Positions 12,860-56,743 of a DNA stretch of 64,000 nt are shown piece by piece. Made by a program: the position numbers and the translations under genes. Each line of letters opens with the position of its first letter. Within the stretch, counting starts at the first letter, position 1. Location of the stretch: assembly GCA_020137815.1 (NCBI GenBank), contig CM035359.1, forward strand, positions 930,001 to 994,000, written 5' to 3'. The notes beneath the pieces were generated by a model. That model saw nothing but the letters and a program-made list of their open reading frames with translations. It made no database searches and was not told where the DNA came from. This DNA comes from Hormiphora californensis. Lineage: Eukaryota; Animalia; Ctenophora.

Positions 12860-15430
12860 CGGCTATGGGAAGTTGGGTCTGGGCGATTTCAAATATTGGT
12901 AACAATTCCCACGGTCAAAAAGTCACATTTTTTTAAACTTTTTCCAAGTTTCAGGCTAAAATATTCGATCAATCAATATCAAACATCGTTAAGTTTTGTT
13001 AATACATTGGAAATTAGATTCGCATATTCGTGGTTTTTTGACACTGGGCGTGGGAGGTCGTCATTGGTCGCGTTCGATCGGGCTAGATGAGGTGATCAAA
13101 ACCTAGTGGGGCCAGATCTTGGCCCCACCCCGTTCTAGGGTTATTAGGCTTTTTCGGTTTCCCGCCAAAAGTCTGTACCGTAAAAGGACCTCAGCCAAAG
13201 CACCATCCCATAGGTCTCTATCACCCCCGGTTCACTAATTATTCGTAATTATGTGATTTATGACGTATTCGCCAATTAGCACTAATAATACCAGTTCCTG
13301 GTCACTTACAGCCTAGATTTTGATACCATATGATAGAATATCACTAGATTAGTGGGGATACAAAATTTCAGGTCGATCGGAGTTATGGTTGAGGAGTTAT
13401 AGCCGTTTTTCCGGTTGGCTGGCAGGTGGCTGGCACCACGTAGGATTACGGGTTTAGGACATCGTCCCACAAGGCACCGTGCTTGCCCCTATCCTATTTC
13501 TTCTCTTTTACGGTACAGTAACTTAAGATGGGATGATGCATGTCAATAGTTCGACTGATGATGTCAGTGCTCCCTAAACCCAGCTACTATTCCCCGAAAT
13601 TCGCGAACGGGTTTACTAGTGTTTTAAATGGTTTCCCGATAAAATTATGATCTACATGAAAGACGTTAGAAACGTGACTATCAACAACGAGTCGCCGTGA
13701 TGCTCTCTCATATTGTCCGCCCGTATAAAGCGTCGCCCAAAGCGTTGTCCACGACGTCTAAGACGCAGTCCGCTGACATTAGAAGCTTTTTGTGCGTTCT
13801 GGACGTCGTGGACAACGCTTTGAGCGGTTCTTTGCGGGTGGCCCATATGACTGGACCAGAAGCTGATAAACTACATACAGTGCCCTGGTTTCACAATTTT
13901 CAGATTGTTTTCAGACAATCACGAATTAAGGCGTTGTCATACGCTACACGCCCCTCGTTGCGGGGCTGTCAGAGCATTGGCCTGACCCTATTCTCAGTTC
14001 TCGGATCTCGTGAGAACTGTGGTCAGAGCATTGGCCTGACAGTTGCGGGGGGGGGGGGTTGCAGAGCATTTCGAATCAAAAGAAAATTTCAAGTTGTGCC
14101 ATTTCTTTTTGGACGCAGCATGTTTACAGGTGTGCACTAGCAAAGAGACTGGCAAACGCTGCTGGCCCCCAGCGCGGGATAAGGCAGCGCTTTTCAAGCA
14201 AAAAGAGAACACTATTATTTTTAGACCGACTTTTCAAAAGGCTATAGCCATGCAACCACATGACCAATTTGAGTAGACTAAACGGTATCTGATAGATAAT
14301 CGATAGCACTATGCGATAACTTTTACTAGGCACTAACGGGTAGCCTAAACCCGTCTCACTCGACACCCACCCAAATCGCCACCACCAAGATTTTAATTTC
14401 CTCCTCTTTTTTGGCATACGTTGCAGGCCCCTTATAATATAATATAAGGGGCCTGGAGGGAATACCGCGCTAGGGGGGAATACACAATCAATCATATCTC
14501 CGGTTCCAGATAAGGTACAGAAATCGTTTTGGTAGCGTTGGAAAGAGGAAGATAACAGCTTTCAAATGCAACCGGTTTCAGGTCTCTATCTTATCAGGAA
14601 CAGGAGATATGAACCAAACTCCGCAAAATCGAGTGCGGTAAAATAAAAAATTCGAGATTTTAATTCAAATTTGAAACAAAGTGTCCCTGCAGGGACCTGT
14701 GACGTCACTTTTTGAAAACAACCAATCTTTGAACGGCTATTGCTCAGCCTCCTCAAGTCCAATTAACTTCTCTCAAAAACAGCAAGGTAGATAATTGTCA
14801 GATCTAACAGCTAGTGAAAGAATCAAGCAAAACGGACTTCAGGGGCCAAAGTTATAAGCACCGCCGTTTTTTCGCTCGCAAAGTTATTTTCGACCCAGCC
14901 GGGCTCAGGCCAAACGCGCGCGCGGCATTCCCTCCAGTCCCCTCGTTGCGGGGGTGCGCGCATGAGGGGGCTGCAGCGCATTCCAATCCTCTTTTCTTCT
15001 TCGTTCTTTTTTAAATTTTTTTACGGCGCGTATACTCCATTTTTTTTCAACTGTTCACCCCCCAAAGTCGCGCGCGGAATTGTTTTGCGCGTTTATCACA
15101 TGTTAACGTGTAGCGCGCGCCACAAAATTTTTAAATTTCAGTTTTTGGGTGAACAGTTGAAAAAAAATGGACTTTAGTAGCGGGCAAAAAATAAATTCAA
15201 TCGGATTGCGCCGCGCATGACGCGCAAAACAATCACGCGCGCTCGTTTCCATAATTCAATATCATTTCGGCATTTTTCGCCAGAGACAAATTGATTAAAA
15301 ACAAGATTTTTCAACAAATAAGGTATCATAAAATTGATAAATTAAAGCCAAGTTGTGAAAACATTTGCTCAAAATCTGTCTGGGTCGGCTCCGCCAGACA
15401 GCTGAAAATATATTAAGATAGGCCAGTCAT
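12860..15430. mobile_element. Nest of non-autonomous elements, including a 14 bp inverted repeat pair (13173-13518), a Helitron-like 3' end at 13619 and a segment shared with ~3450-3550
   Basis: CTGTACCGTAAAAG/CTTTTACGGTACAG; TTCGCGAA..CGGGTTTACTAG|T; GCGCGCATGAGGGGGCTGCA recurs inverted at ~3530; no coherent coding signal. Confidence 0.55.
13966..14042. mobile_element. 77 bp mini DNA transposon CTGTCAG...CTGACAG with 8 bp TSD; other copies 17830-17899 and ~24382-24496
   Basis: TSD TTGCGGGG at 13958-13965 and 14043-14050; the 17830 copy is flanked by TTTTTACC/TTCTTACC. Confidence 0.85.
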
Positions 15431-15608
15431 TTTGCACTCTCTGCGCCCACATCCCCAAACTGATGTCAGAACAAGTCCTGCTTGATGGATTGATAGATAA
15501 AAAATAGGCATCGCCACACCACACTAATAATAAGATTAAGAATGTCTCTCAAAACAATGGGCCACGAAGAAGTTGTCCTCGAAACCCCTACTCCTAGATC
15601 CAGGGAGT

Positions 15609-18014
15609 CTACAGAGCCTCAGGCCCCTCTCCACCCGGAATCATCATCGTAATGTTGGAACCTGGAAAATTGTTAGGAAATTAAGTAGATTTAGTATCAA
15701 GATAATAGGGTTCACTTGACAAGGGAATTAAAGTTGCCTAAAAGTTCAAATATGCCCTGAAACCCGCCCTAAAACCCAGAATTGACCTTATATACAAACT
15801 TGATCCCCTCAAAAGTATTGATTCTCCCCAACTCAAATCCCCAAAAATTGATCTCCTATTATCTCATACCGTGCAGTAGAATCTGGTCGAGTTTAGTGAC
15901 TCTCCTTCCCTCGGGGGTGTTCTCATATTCAGTTACGTCCTCCAGGACCATGTTCACAAAATCATCGAAACCCAACAGTACGCCAACAATCTGATAAAAC
16001 GGTTAATATCTGTTGAGTAACAAGTTGATATCTTAGTGTATGTACAAGGTGGGCCACGGATTGTTGGTCATGGTTAGCGAGATGGTGCGTCAAAACGGTG
16101 ATAGTTGTGAGAATAAAAATTATGGGAGCACTCTGGATAAATTCCTTGGTAACTTTTTCCATAATTTTTTGTCAAAAATTCGAAAATTCATTTTTCATTC
16201 CTTCATTCATTTCTCGTTCATTCATGATGTGAGCATCCTAATTTTCCATCATTATGCTATTTTTCTTTGGCTTGAATTTATCTTTCCAATGAGCACCATG
16301 AAAATGAAATTGAAGCACCAGGTCACTCAGCAGTTGAGAAAATGTTCATGCATGATTTTGGCTCTTTTTGCGACTTTCAAACAGCTGTATCACAACTACC
16401 TTTCGTTCAATCTTCTTAAAACTTTGGGAAAACATTAGATAAGCAAAGATCTTTGCTCACAAGAAAAATCAAGGCCAAAGATTAAAGTTCATTTTTCATT
16501 TTTTGTTAGTTCATTCCGTTCATTCAGGAACCAACATCCCTAAAGTGATGAAAATGTTTGGGTTTTGTTTGGCCCATGTCCTGCAATGACAGAGAGGTGT
16601 AATAGCGTGTTTCCGGGCTAGTTTGTGGGTGTCCATGTCATCATGATGATATCTGACACCTTTTCTGAGCCATGATTAAGGGATTTTCTCAAATTCAAGC
16701 ATGTAACTTGGATTTTCTGCGATTAGTACCGTGCAGCAATGTTATGAGATCTCATAAAACCTCAAAAATGATGATTAGCTCAATGAAATGAGTTGATTTA
16801 TGATGTAATTGTTCGTTTCGTTCAATTTGACATCGGTTTTAATCTTTTCAATCATAAACCAACTCATTTCATTGAGCTAATCATCATTTTTGAGGTGTAA
16901 TGAGATCTCATAACATTGCTGCACGGTACTAATCGCAGAAAAACCAAGTTACATGCTTGAATTTGAGAAAATCCCTTAATCATGGCTCAGAAAAGGTGTC
17001 AGATATCATCATGATCACATGGACACCCACAAACTAGCCCGGAAACACGCTATTACACCTCTCTGTCATTGCAGGACATGGGCCAAACAAAACCCAAACA
17101 TTTTCATCACTTTAGGGATGTTGGTTCCTGAATGAACGGAATGAACTAACAAAAATGAAAAATGAACTTTGACCTTTGGCCTTGATTTTTCTTGTGAGCA
17201 AAGATCTTTGCTTATCTAATGTTTTCCCAAAGTTTTAAGAAGATTGAACGAAAAGTAGCTGTGATACAGCTGTTTGAAAGTCGCAAAAAGAGCCAAAATC
17301 ATGCATGAACATTTTCTCAACTGCTGAGTGACCTGGTGCTTCAATTTAATTTTCATGGTGCTCATTGGAAAGATAAATTCAAGCCAAAGAAAAATAGCAT
17401 AATGATGGAAAATTAGGATACTCACATCATGAATGAACGAGAAATGAATGAAGGAATGAAAAATGAATTTTCGAATTTTTGACAAAAAATTATGGAAAAA
17501 GTTACCAAGGAATTGATCCAGAGTGCTCCCATAATTTTTATTCTCACAACTATCACCGTTTTGACGCACCATCTCGCTAACCATGACCAACAATCCGTGG
17601 CCCACCTTGTATACAGTTAGGTAAGAGCCTCACAAGTAGCTCAAAGAAATAATTTGTCTAGTGGCCCAGACCCATATAACAGACAACAGTTCCGGAAATT
17701 GGTGACACAGACACCGTGCGCGACCAAGATTGAGCTCACATTGTGCGGGGGTCGCGCCAGGTGTCTATATATGTCACCAATTCCGGAAATAGTTGTAATT
17801 ATAGAGGAACACGAATTATCATTTTTACCCTGTCAGGCCAATGCTCTGACCACAGTTCTTACGCGAAATAAGAATAGGGTCAGGTCAATGTCCTGATAGT
17901 TCTTACCTCTCTGTCGTTTTTCATAGTCAGGTGCATTCTACTTCCAATACACTTGTCAACGAGTTCCAGGGGGAGCAGAGTAGAGGGGTTAGCGGAATTG
18001 TGGTGGGCAGCCAT
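15609..18014 (-). CDS. LSM5: U6 snRNA-associated Sm-like protein LSm5, 3 exons (18014-17907, 15990-15870, 15661-15609), 93 aa
   Basis: Spliced translation MAAHHNSANPSTLLPLELVDKCIGSRMHLTMKNDRE/IVGVLLGFDDFVNMVLEDVTEYENTPEGRRVTKLDQILLHG/SNITMMIPGGEGPEAL*; canonical GT-AG sites with consistent phases. Confidence 0.97.
16045..17609. mobile_element. Foldback-type non-autonomous DNA transposon with ~760 bp inverted arms, flanked by TA (Tc1/mariner-like)
   Basis: TA|CAAGGTGGGCCACGG...CCGTGGCCCACCTTG|TA; arms ~16045-16804 and ~16851-17609 are near-identical reverse complements (mirror ORFs 16040+ and 17605-); ~46 bp spacer. Confidence 0.9.
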
Positions 18015-19005
18015 GTTTGGGAGCTAGATATATTTGGGATGAGGGTTTAGAGTTTGATTTTAGGAGCCATTGGGCAGAGATGACCCCACCGGGACAGAGA
18101 GGGGCTGGGTTGGGTAGTAAAAAGACATACAATTCACTTCAAGTCGATTATCTATAACACAGTTCAAGCGTTTTCAGGTACAAACACAAAAAATCGTTCT
18201 CTCTCTCACTCCCTCTCTTTTCATTTTCTTGGTTGTATGTACCAAACCCTTATAAGTATAGAGAGTCAGTAAAATACATACATCGCCCTGTAATATACAA
18301 AATGACCCACCATTGAACCTTCGTTACTAAAAGTTATTATAGAATACACATTTAAAAGCTATTTTTGTTAATGTTTAGCATATATTTTATATATATATAT
18401 ATCCTCGTTCTAAATTAGTTTAATATTTACATTTAGATTCTAAAAGTTAATGCTCTTGAAGGATGAATATATCAATAACTTAAAGTTAAATGTTTTCCAC
18501 TATTATACACTTTCCACTATGTTGAGTAAGTCACCCCTTACTCAACAACTATCCACCGTGTTTCTAAAATAAGGTTTTAACTTTTTAAATAGCTTTGAAT
18601 ACTATCTAATAAACGTCTAAAATCCGTTAAAGCACATAATAATGATGACTACGAAAAACACTCAGCACACACATATTATCACTTTTCTCATCATTTCGGT
18701 CAAAGTCACATCTTAATGTAAATGCTCCTCTTTGAAGTTCATTTGATTGATCCCAATTTCTAATTACAAAACTCCCTCTCCAAGTAGTGTGTTACAAACC
18801 ACCTTTATCAGACAAAACATAGAACATCAAATCATGTGTCGTGGGAACCAGATCTGCGATACATCATCATCTCTTAATTTCCTCCCTCTCCTCCTACCCA
18901 AAGAGAATCACATGTCTCTCTCTCCAAGGGTTTTGACTATCACATGTCCCTCTCAGGTTAGGCCCTAACCGTAAGGGTTGTGACTGTTTATCACATGTCT
19001 TTCTC

Positions 19006-50673
<31,668 letters not shown>

Positions 50674-51471
50674 TGTGTGCCCCGGTTACATCATTTCCTA
50701 CACTACCTACTAAGGGCGTGTTAACGGTTATTATGGAAGGAAATAAATTAATGGTGAAGCAGGAGGTATGTAGATATCTACTGTCGACCTTACAGCTCCA
50801 AATGGCCGCCCGTCAAGAGGGCCCCCGGCGGCAGGGCCCCTCATGACCGTCCATTTTACAAAATAAAGATACAACGGATTGGTCAATCTCACACTTAATT
50901 AGAGTTCATAAGGTTCATATGCACGTAATTGCTCCAACAAACGTGCGAGTAGCGTCGTCGATGTGCTGAAAAGTGAAAACGATCGTCAAAACTTTTGAAA
51001 AAAAACTCCCAAAAATGTCTCGAGCTCAAGATTTAATTTTTCAAGCGCGCGCGCGAAAAAATAAAAGTGCGCGGCGGTATATACGCAATCTTTTTTGCGC
51101 GTGATACCAAAATCGAGTGCAGTTGCATAGCAAAATCGAGTGCGGCAAAATCGAGTGCGGCGAGAAGGGGGATGTGTGTCGTTGTGGCATCTCATCCCGC
51201 TCAAAACGCGCTACCGCTCTGTTGTTTTGCTGTTGAATCTGACTTCCTTGATGCTCGATCTCACCATCCGGCTTCCCCAGAACCTCTTAATACTTGATAG
51301 CGGCTTAATTTTATTCAATTATATGACCTCTATTAAAATAGTCATGTTTTGTAACCTATAAATCTTCAACGAAACAGCTTGGTTCTGTTGCTATGCTGTA
51401 CTTAAACATTTTCCCGCCAATTTCTCTCAAACTATCCCTTCTACAGTGTTATGTTAATATAAAGCTAAATA
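50674..51471. promoter_or_regulatory. Probable bidirectional promoter region for liprin-alpha and PDS5, with an E2F-like site
   Basis: Divergent ATGs 798 bp apart; CpG-rich CGCGCG tracts at ~51045-51160; TTTTCCCGCCA at ~51409. Confidence 0.5.
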
Positions 51472-54400
51472 ATGGCTACACGATCACAAGCTCCGAACAA
51501 GGAGATTAGTGGGCAAATAGAGAAGAGTGAACTTCTTGAACGACTGAAGGTATGTTAATTACAAGTCAATTTTCATGGTTGTAACCCATAATTTGAAATT
51601 CTTGCTCCTCACGTGTGTACCGCGGGTCTCCAAATTCTGCTATTATTTCTCCGACCACACCCATCCAGGCATGGGCAGCCTTTCTCTCTGAGATCGACCA
51701 AGAAGAAGATAAAAAAGAGCTGGAGCAGATATGTGCATCCCTTGTGTCCCCAGATCTCTTGGATTACCAGGACCCAGATATTAAACTGTTTGTGGCGTGT
51801 TGCTGTGCCGATGTATTGAGAATATACGCTCCTGAGGCACCATATGCGGATGATCAATTGAAGGTAAAGTATTATCTTTTTGGTAAATAACTATCTTTTG
51901 GTTAAATGTCAGTATATATCAGTGTTATTTACTTTTTTTCGGAAAATCAAATCATATGGCGGGCCCAATTATATATAATTTAGGGGGATAATTTACTATT
52001 CATGTTTGTCTTGGTATGTTATGAGGTTTTTAGTTCTCGCACGCCCCTGTTAATTGGCCAATTAGCCAGTACTTTCTACACTTGCTCACCTAATTGGGTG
52101 TTCTAATTGAGGTGCCTCTAGGGAGAATTAGCAAACATCAATAACACGAATAGAATTGAACAGAATGAACTCATTTTACACCACTGCGTATCTTTTAGCA
52201 AACGATCCCCCCTAAAAACTAATCTCTGTTTCAGGAGATTTTCATGATGTTTGTCAACCAGCTGAGAGGACTTGAAGATATAACGGGAAAGAGCTTCAAG
52301 AGATACTTCTACCTGCTGGAGAACTTGGCCTGCGTGAAAACGTTCATCTTGTGCATGGAACTGGATGCCCCTGATATTATTCTCAGTCTGTTTAGGACTT
52401 TCTTCCAGGTAAGATTAGTAAATACCCCACCCCCCTACTAATGAGATATAATTAAATATAATTAAATATAGATGCGATTCAACTAAGTTTTAGAATACAC
52501 ATATATAGAAAGAGACAAAGAGCCCGTGGATAATTACTGTGATTCACAAAATCAAAATTTGGGTGTCTCCATCCATCCCTTTAATTAAAATACTGAATCT
52601 TAATTTACCTGCAGATCTTCAACGAGAAGCATGTTGGGAAAGTGCAGACCTTTATGGTTGATATCATGATGACCGTGATGCAGGAGGGAGATACCATACC
52701 CCAGGTAGGACAGCAAGAACCGAAATACTGGTCCCTGATTGGCTGATAACCAGTCACGTGACATAATTTACGAGTTCTGATTGGTTGTTTATTTTACCCC
52801 AGGTAGGTCACAGCCCCATCCTTACCTTGCTCGACCCTGTTACAAATGTAAAGGATGGTTATAATGGGATCATAACAAGCCCATCCCCTATTATTTAGTG
52901 GGAACTGGAAGTTTTATTTTGTTTATCTGACCAACTTTTCTAACGTCTCCGTCCTCCTCTTGCCTGCTCTAACATATTTCTCTCCGAGCAACTATTCTGA
53001 CCTCCACCCCTCCCCCCTCCGACCACCTTCTCTCTACCATTATTTACCTCTACTCCTACCCTCTATCCACTTACTACCTCCCTATTTAATCTAACCCACC
53101 TCCTACCCCCTCTAACTACTTCCTCCCACTAGGACATGATAACTACTCTGACCTCCACTGGACTACCCCCTCCGACCACCTTCTCTATTTACCCCCCCCC
53201 CCCCCTCTAGGACGTGATGGACATTATCCTGATGCACGTTATTCAGCCGTACAAGACCCGCAAACCGGCTGCCTTTAAACTTGCCTCAGAGCTCATCAAC
53301 AAGAGTGCGTCTTATTTGGAACCCAACCTTCAGAAATTCTTCACCTCTGCTCTGATGAAGGGCATTGAGACTGATTCAGGTAGGTTTTTTTGCCGTCCCC
53401 CCCCCTTCCTAAGTGTTCCTAATTTAAAATTAGGAGTTTTACGTTTTGTTATCGCTGTGTCCAGCCTGTTATATCTCTCCAGATATTGACTATTGTTGCG
53501 TCGTACTCTCTCCATCCCTCTTGACCTATAGGAACATTTCAAAAGTATCTCTCCTTCCCCTGCAGGTCTCCACAGTCGAGTGTACGATCTGATCAAGGAG
53601 TTGAACAGAGTGTGTCCTTCCATTCTTCTGGCGGTACTCCCCCAACTGGGAGAAAAACTGAAAAGTAGTGATGTCAACGAACGCTTGGAGGTTACACGGC
53701 TTCTCGCTGAAATGTTTTCTGATAAAAATAGCGATCTTGCTTCTCAGGTATTATAACATAAACCATAACCATCGACTACAAATATATGTAAACGTATTTG
53801 CTCTCAAGAAGTTTTTTCTTGAGTGGGTACAATCCACGACTTGACTGATATATATATATATATATATATGATTATATAATTGTTATTAATTAGCTAAATA
53901 ATTAATCAACTTCTTAATTAATCCCCAGAACAAACAGCTTTGGAATGGCTTCCTCCGGAGGTTCAATGATATTGAGGCAGCAGTAAGGGCAGAGTGTGTC
54001 AGTACCTGCAAGAACTTCATTCTTCATCACCTCAAACTTAGCGATGTAAGTAGAGATTTTAAATTTCTTGTTAATTTGGAATGTTAGGATGCACTGCAGA
54101 ACTATTCATTGCAATTATAATGGGTGGGTGGGCGAGATTATTTAGGATTGAATTGAGACATTTGTGTAGCGAGAAAAGTGCCAATCAGGACCCAAACCTC
54201 TGTGTCTGACGCTGACTAATATCGCCTGGAGAGTGCAGTCTTTTTCGATACAACTGTGTATGTTACCTACCACCCTATCTATTGTCTTGCTCGACCCTGT
54301 CTCAAATGTAATGGAGGGTTAGAACACATAAAAAGTAATAACCTCTCTCACCCAGGATTGTTATTCCAACCTGTGTATGAGACACCGAGATCCAGACGAG

Positions 54401-56698
54401 AAAGTACGGTTGGAAGCGGTGAAAGTTGTGTATGCCATTGCAAGCGAGGACATGACCAGGATGACACCTGAGCTCTTCATGATTCTACAGGTACCAGGAG
54501 ACAGACAGACAGGGAGAGAGAGAGACAGGGAGAGAGAGAGATACAGAGACAGACAGATAGACAGAGAGATACAGACACAAAGATAGAGAGATACAGAGAT
54601 ACAGTGAGGTTGAGTTAGCAGATAAACTAACCACTTTTTAACCACTTTCCCTCCTTAGGAACGCATGTTGGATAAAAAGTGGCCCATCCGGCACCAGGCC
54701 ATTATGAATGTAGCCCGCCTTTACAAGAATCTAAACAGCAAGAAGGACCTTACTAAAATGAAGGAGATTGCTTGGATGCCCAATAAAGTGCTTCATACTT
54801 ACTACCAGAATACCAGCCAGGTTAGTGTTTTTGTGGAAACTCCACTGAATAGTGAATGTCATGTGGAATTCCACTTCTAAGATGTGTCCTGGCCCATTGG
54901 GAACGAAGCAGGAGTCCCTGAAAAGATTAATGTGTGGAAAATCACAAAATATTTGTAAAATATCCACATTTTGTTTTTTTTTGTCAAAGACCCGATCGTG
55001 GATCAATTGGCAATCTAAAGTCGGATTTTTTGAAACTGTCACCCCCCTGGGTATTTTCAAATTTCGTAAATGACCATAAATCCGGTTCCTGACGAGATAG
55101 AGACTTGAAATTTGGAGGTTACGAAGATCTTGCTAAGTTCTTCCGAACCTCCAAATTTCAAGTCTCTATCTTATCAGGAACCGGAGATATGGCAAATTTT
55201 GTTATTTCAGGGGGGTGACAGTTTCAAAAAATCCGACTTTATTTCCGGAATGCGATACTTCACTTTTCCCGCCGGCAGCGCATTCTCATAATTTTAGCTA
55301 TTTGTTCGATTTTCTCCGTGTTTGTGTTACATCTTTTGCGCGTGTCCTATTTGAGGTCTCCGCGCAATGAAAAGTAAAATGTTGTGGCATCGGCGGTGCG
55401 CGGCTGAATCCCTCTCCCGCCCAGAAATAACCAAACTTGACCACTCCCTTCCTCTCTCAGGACCGGCTTCTGGTCGAGCGACTGCTCCTTTCCTGTCTGG
55501 TGCCTGTTAGTTTGGGGGCTAAGGACAGGATGAACATCTTACTCAGAACATACTGCCTACTCGATCATGCTGCCATCAAGGCTCTAAATGAACTTTTGAA
55601 ATATCAGCAGACCATCAGGATGCATCTTGCTGCACTGCTACGTGCCATTGAGAAAGGAAGTAAGTAAAGAGTTCCCGGGTGAGACGTTTTTTAGTTTTAG
55701 CAGATATAAATATGGGCGGGGGTGAGATACCGAGGTGATAGACCGAAATAATAAACTCCTGTTTCAGTCGGCGAGGAAGACAGAAAGAAACTGTTGACGC
55801 AAGTAAGCTTCCTCTCCAAGTCACTACCGGACACCAAAACGGCTAACAGCGATCTGAAGCGGCTTAGTAACACACTGGTACACGACAGGACTCTTCTCAA
55901 GGTAGTAGTCCACAAATATTGGGCTAGATATATTAGATAACTTTCATAATATGTTGTTCCCAATTTGATCCTTAGATTTTCGTGATTCCTTTACTAATTG
56001 GTCACTATGTAATACTACTACTATTACTATCCCACTCAGGCTTTCCAATCGATAGTAACCCCTGGAGTCAGCTGTCAAGATGTTGCCAAGGCTGTGTCTG
56101 AGATTATGAAGAAGTTGACCAACAAAAACCCTATCATGGATACCATCAGAGCTCTCATGGATAGAACTGCTCCCGTCCTAGCTGATTCTACCTGTATAAC
56201 TATCCTGGTCAGTGTTATAGATAGACCAAGATGATTAACTCATCAACTATAGTGTCCGTTATATCTATGTTTGTCATGGCTGATATATATGTATAGACAT
56301 GTGTTGTAACATGTTGAGTAACTCCTCTTGTCTAGGTTGAGCTACTTAGTACCCCCAATAACCCCCGTCCCTCCCCCCAACAGGTTGAGCTTGTTACCCA
56401 GCTACTAAGTACCCCCCAATAACCCCCGTTCCTTCCCCCAATAGGTTGAGCTTGTTACCCAGCTACTAAGTACCCCCCAATATCCCCCGTTCCTTCCCCC
56501 AACAGGTTGAGCTTGTTACCCAGCTGCTAAGTACGCCCAATGAGCCTGAGGAGGCGGAAGATTCAGACCCCTTCAATATCTTCATTAACGGACAAAAGGG
56601 ACTACACCTTCTTCTTGTAAGTATTGCATTGACCTCGAATTGAGTATGAAGCAGCCGTGTCTGTATTCAACATTTATTATCCATCTTCTCTTTTTCTC

Positions 56699-56743
<45 letters not shown>

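Noticed and set aside
16040-17605. Two near-identical 130 aa ORFs on opposite strands
   Set aside because: Mirror images produced by the foldback arms; no transposase motifs.
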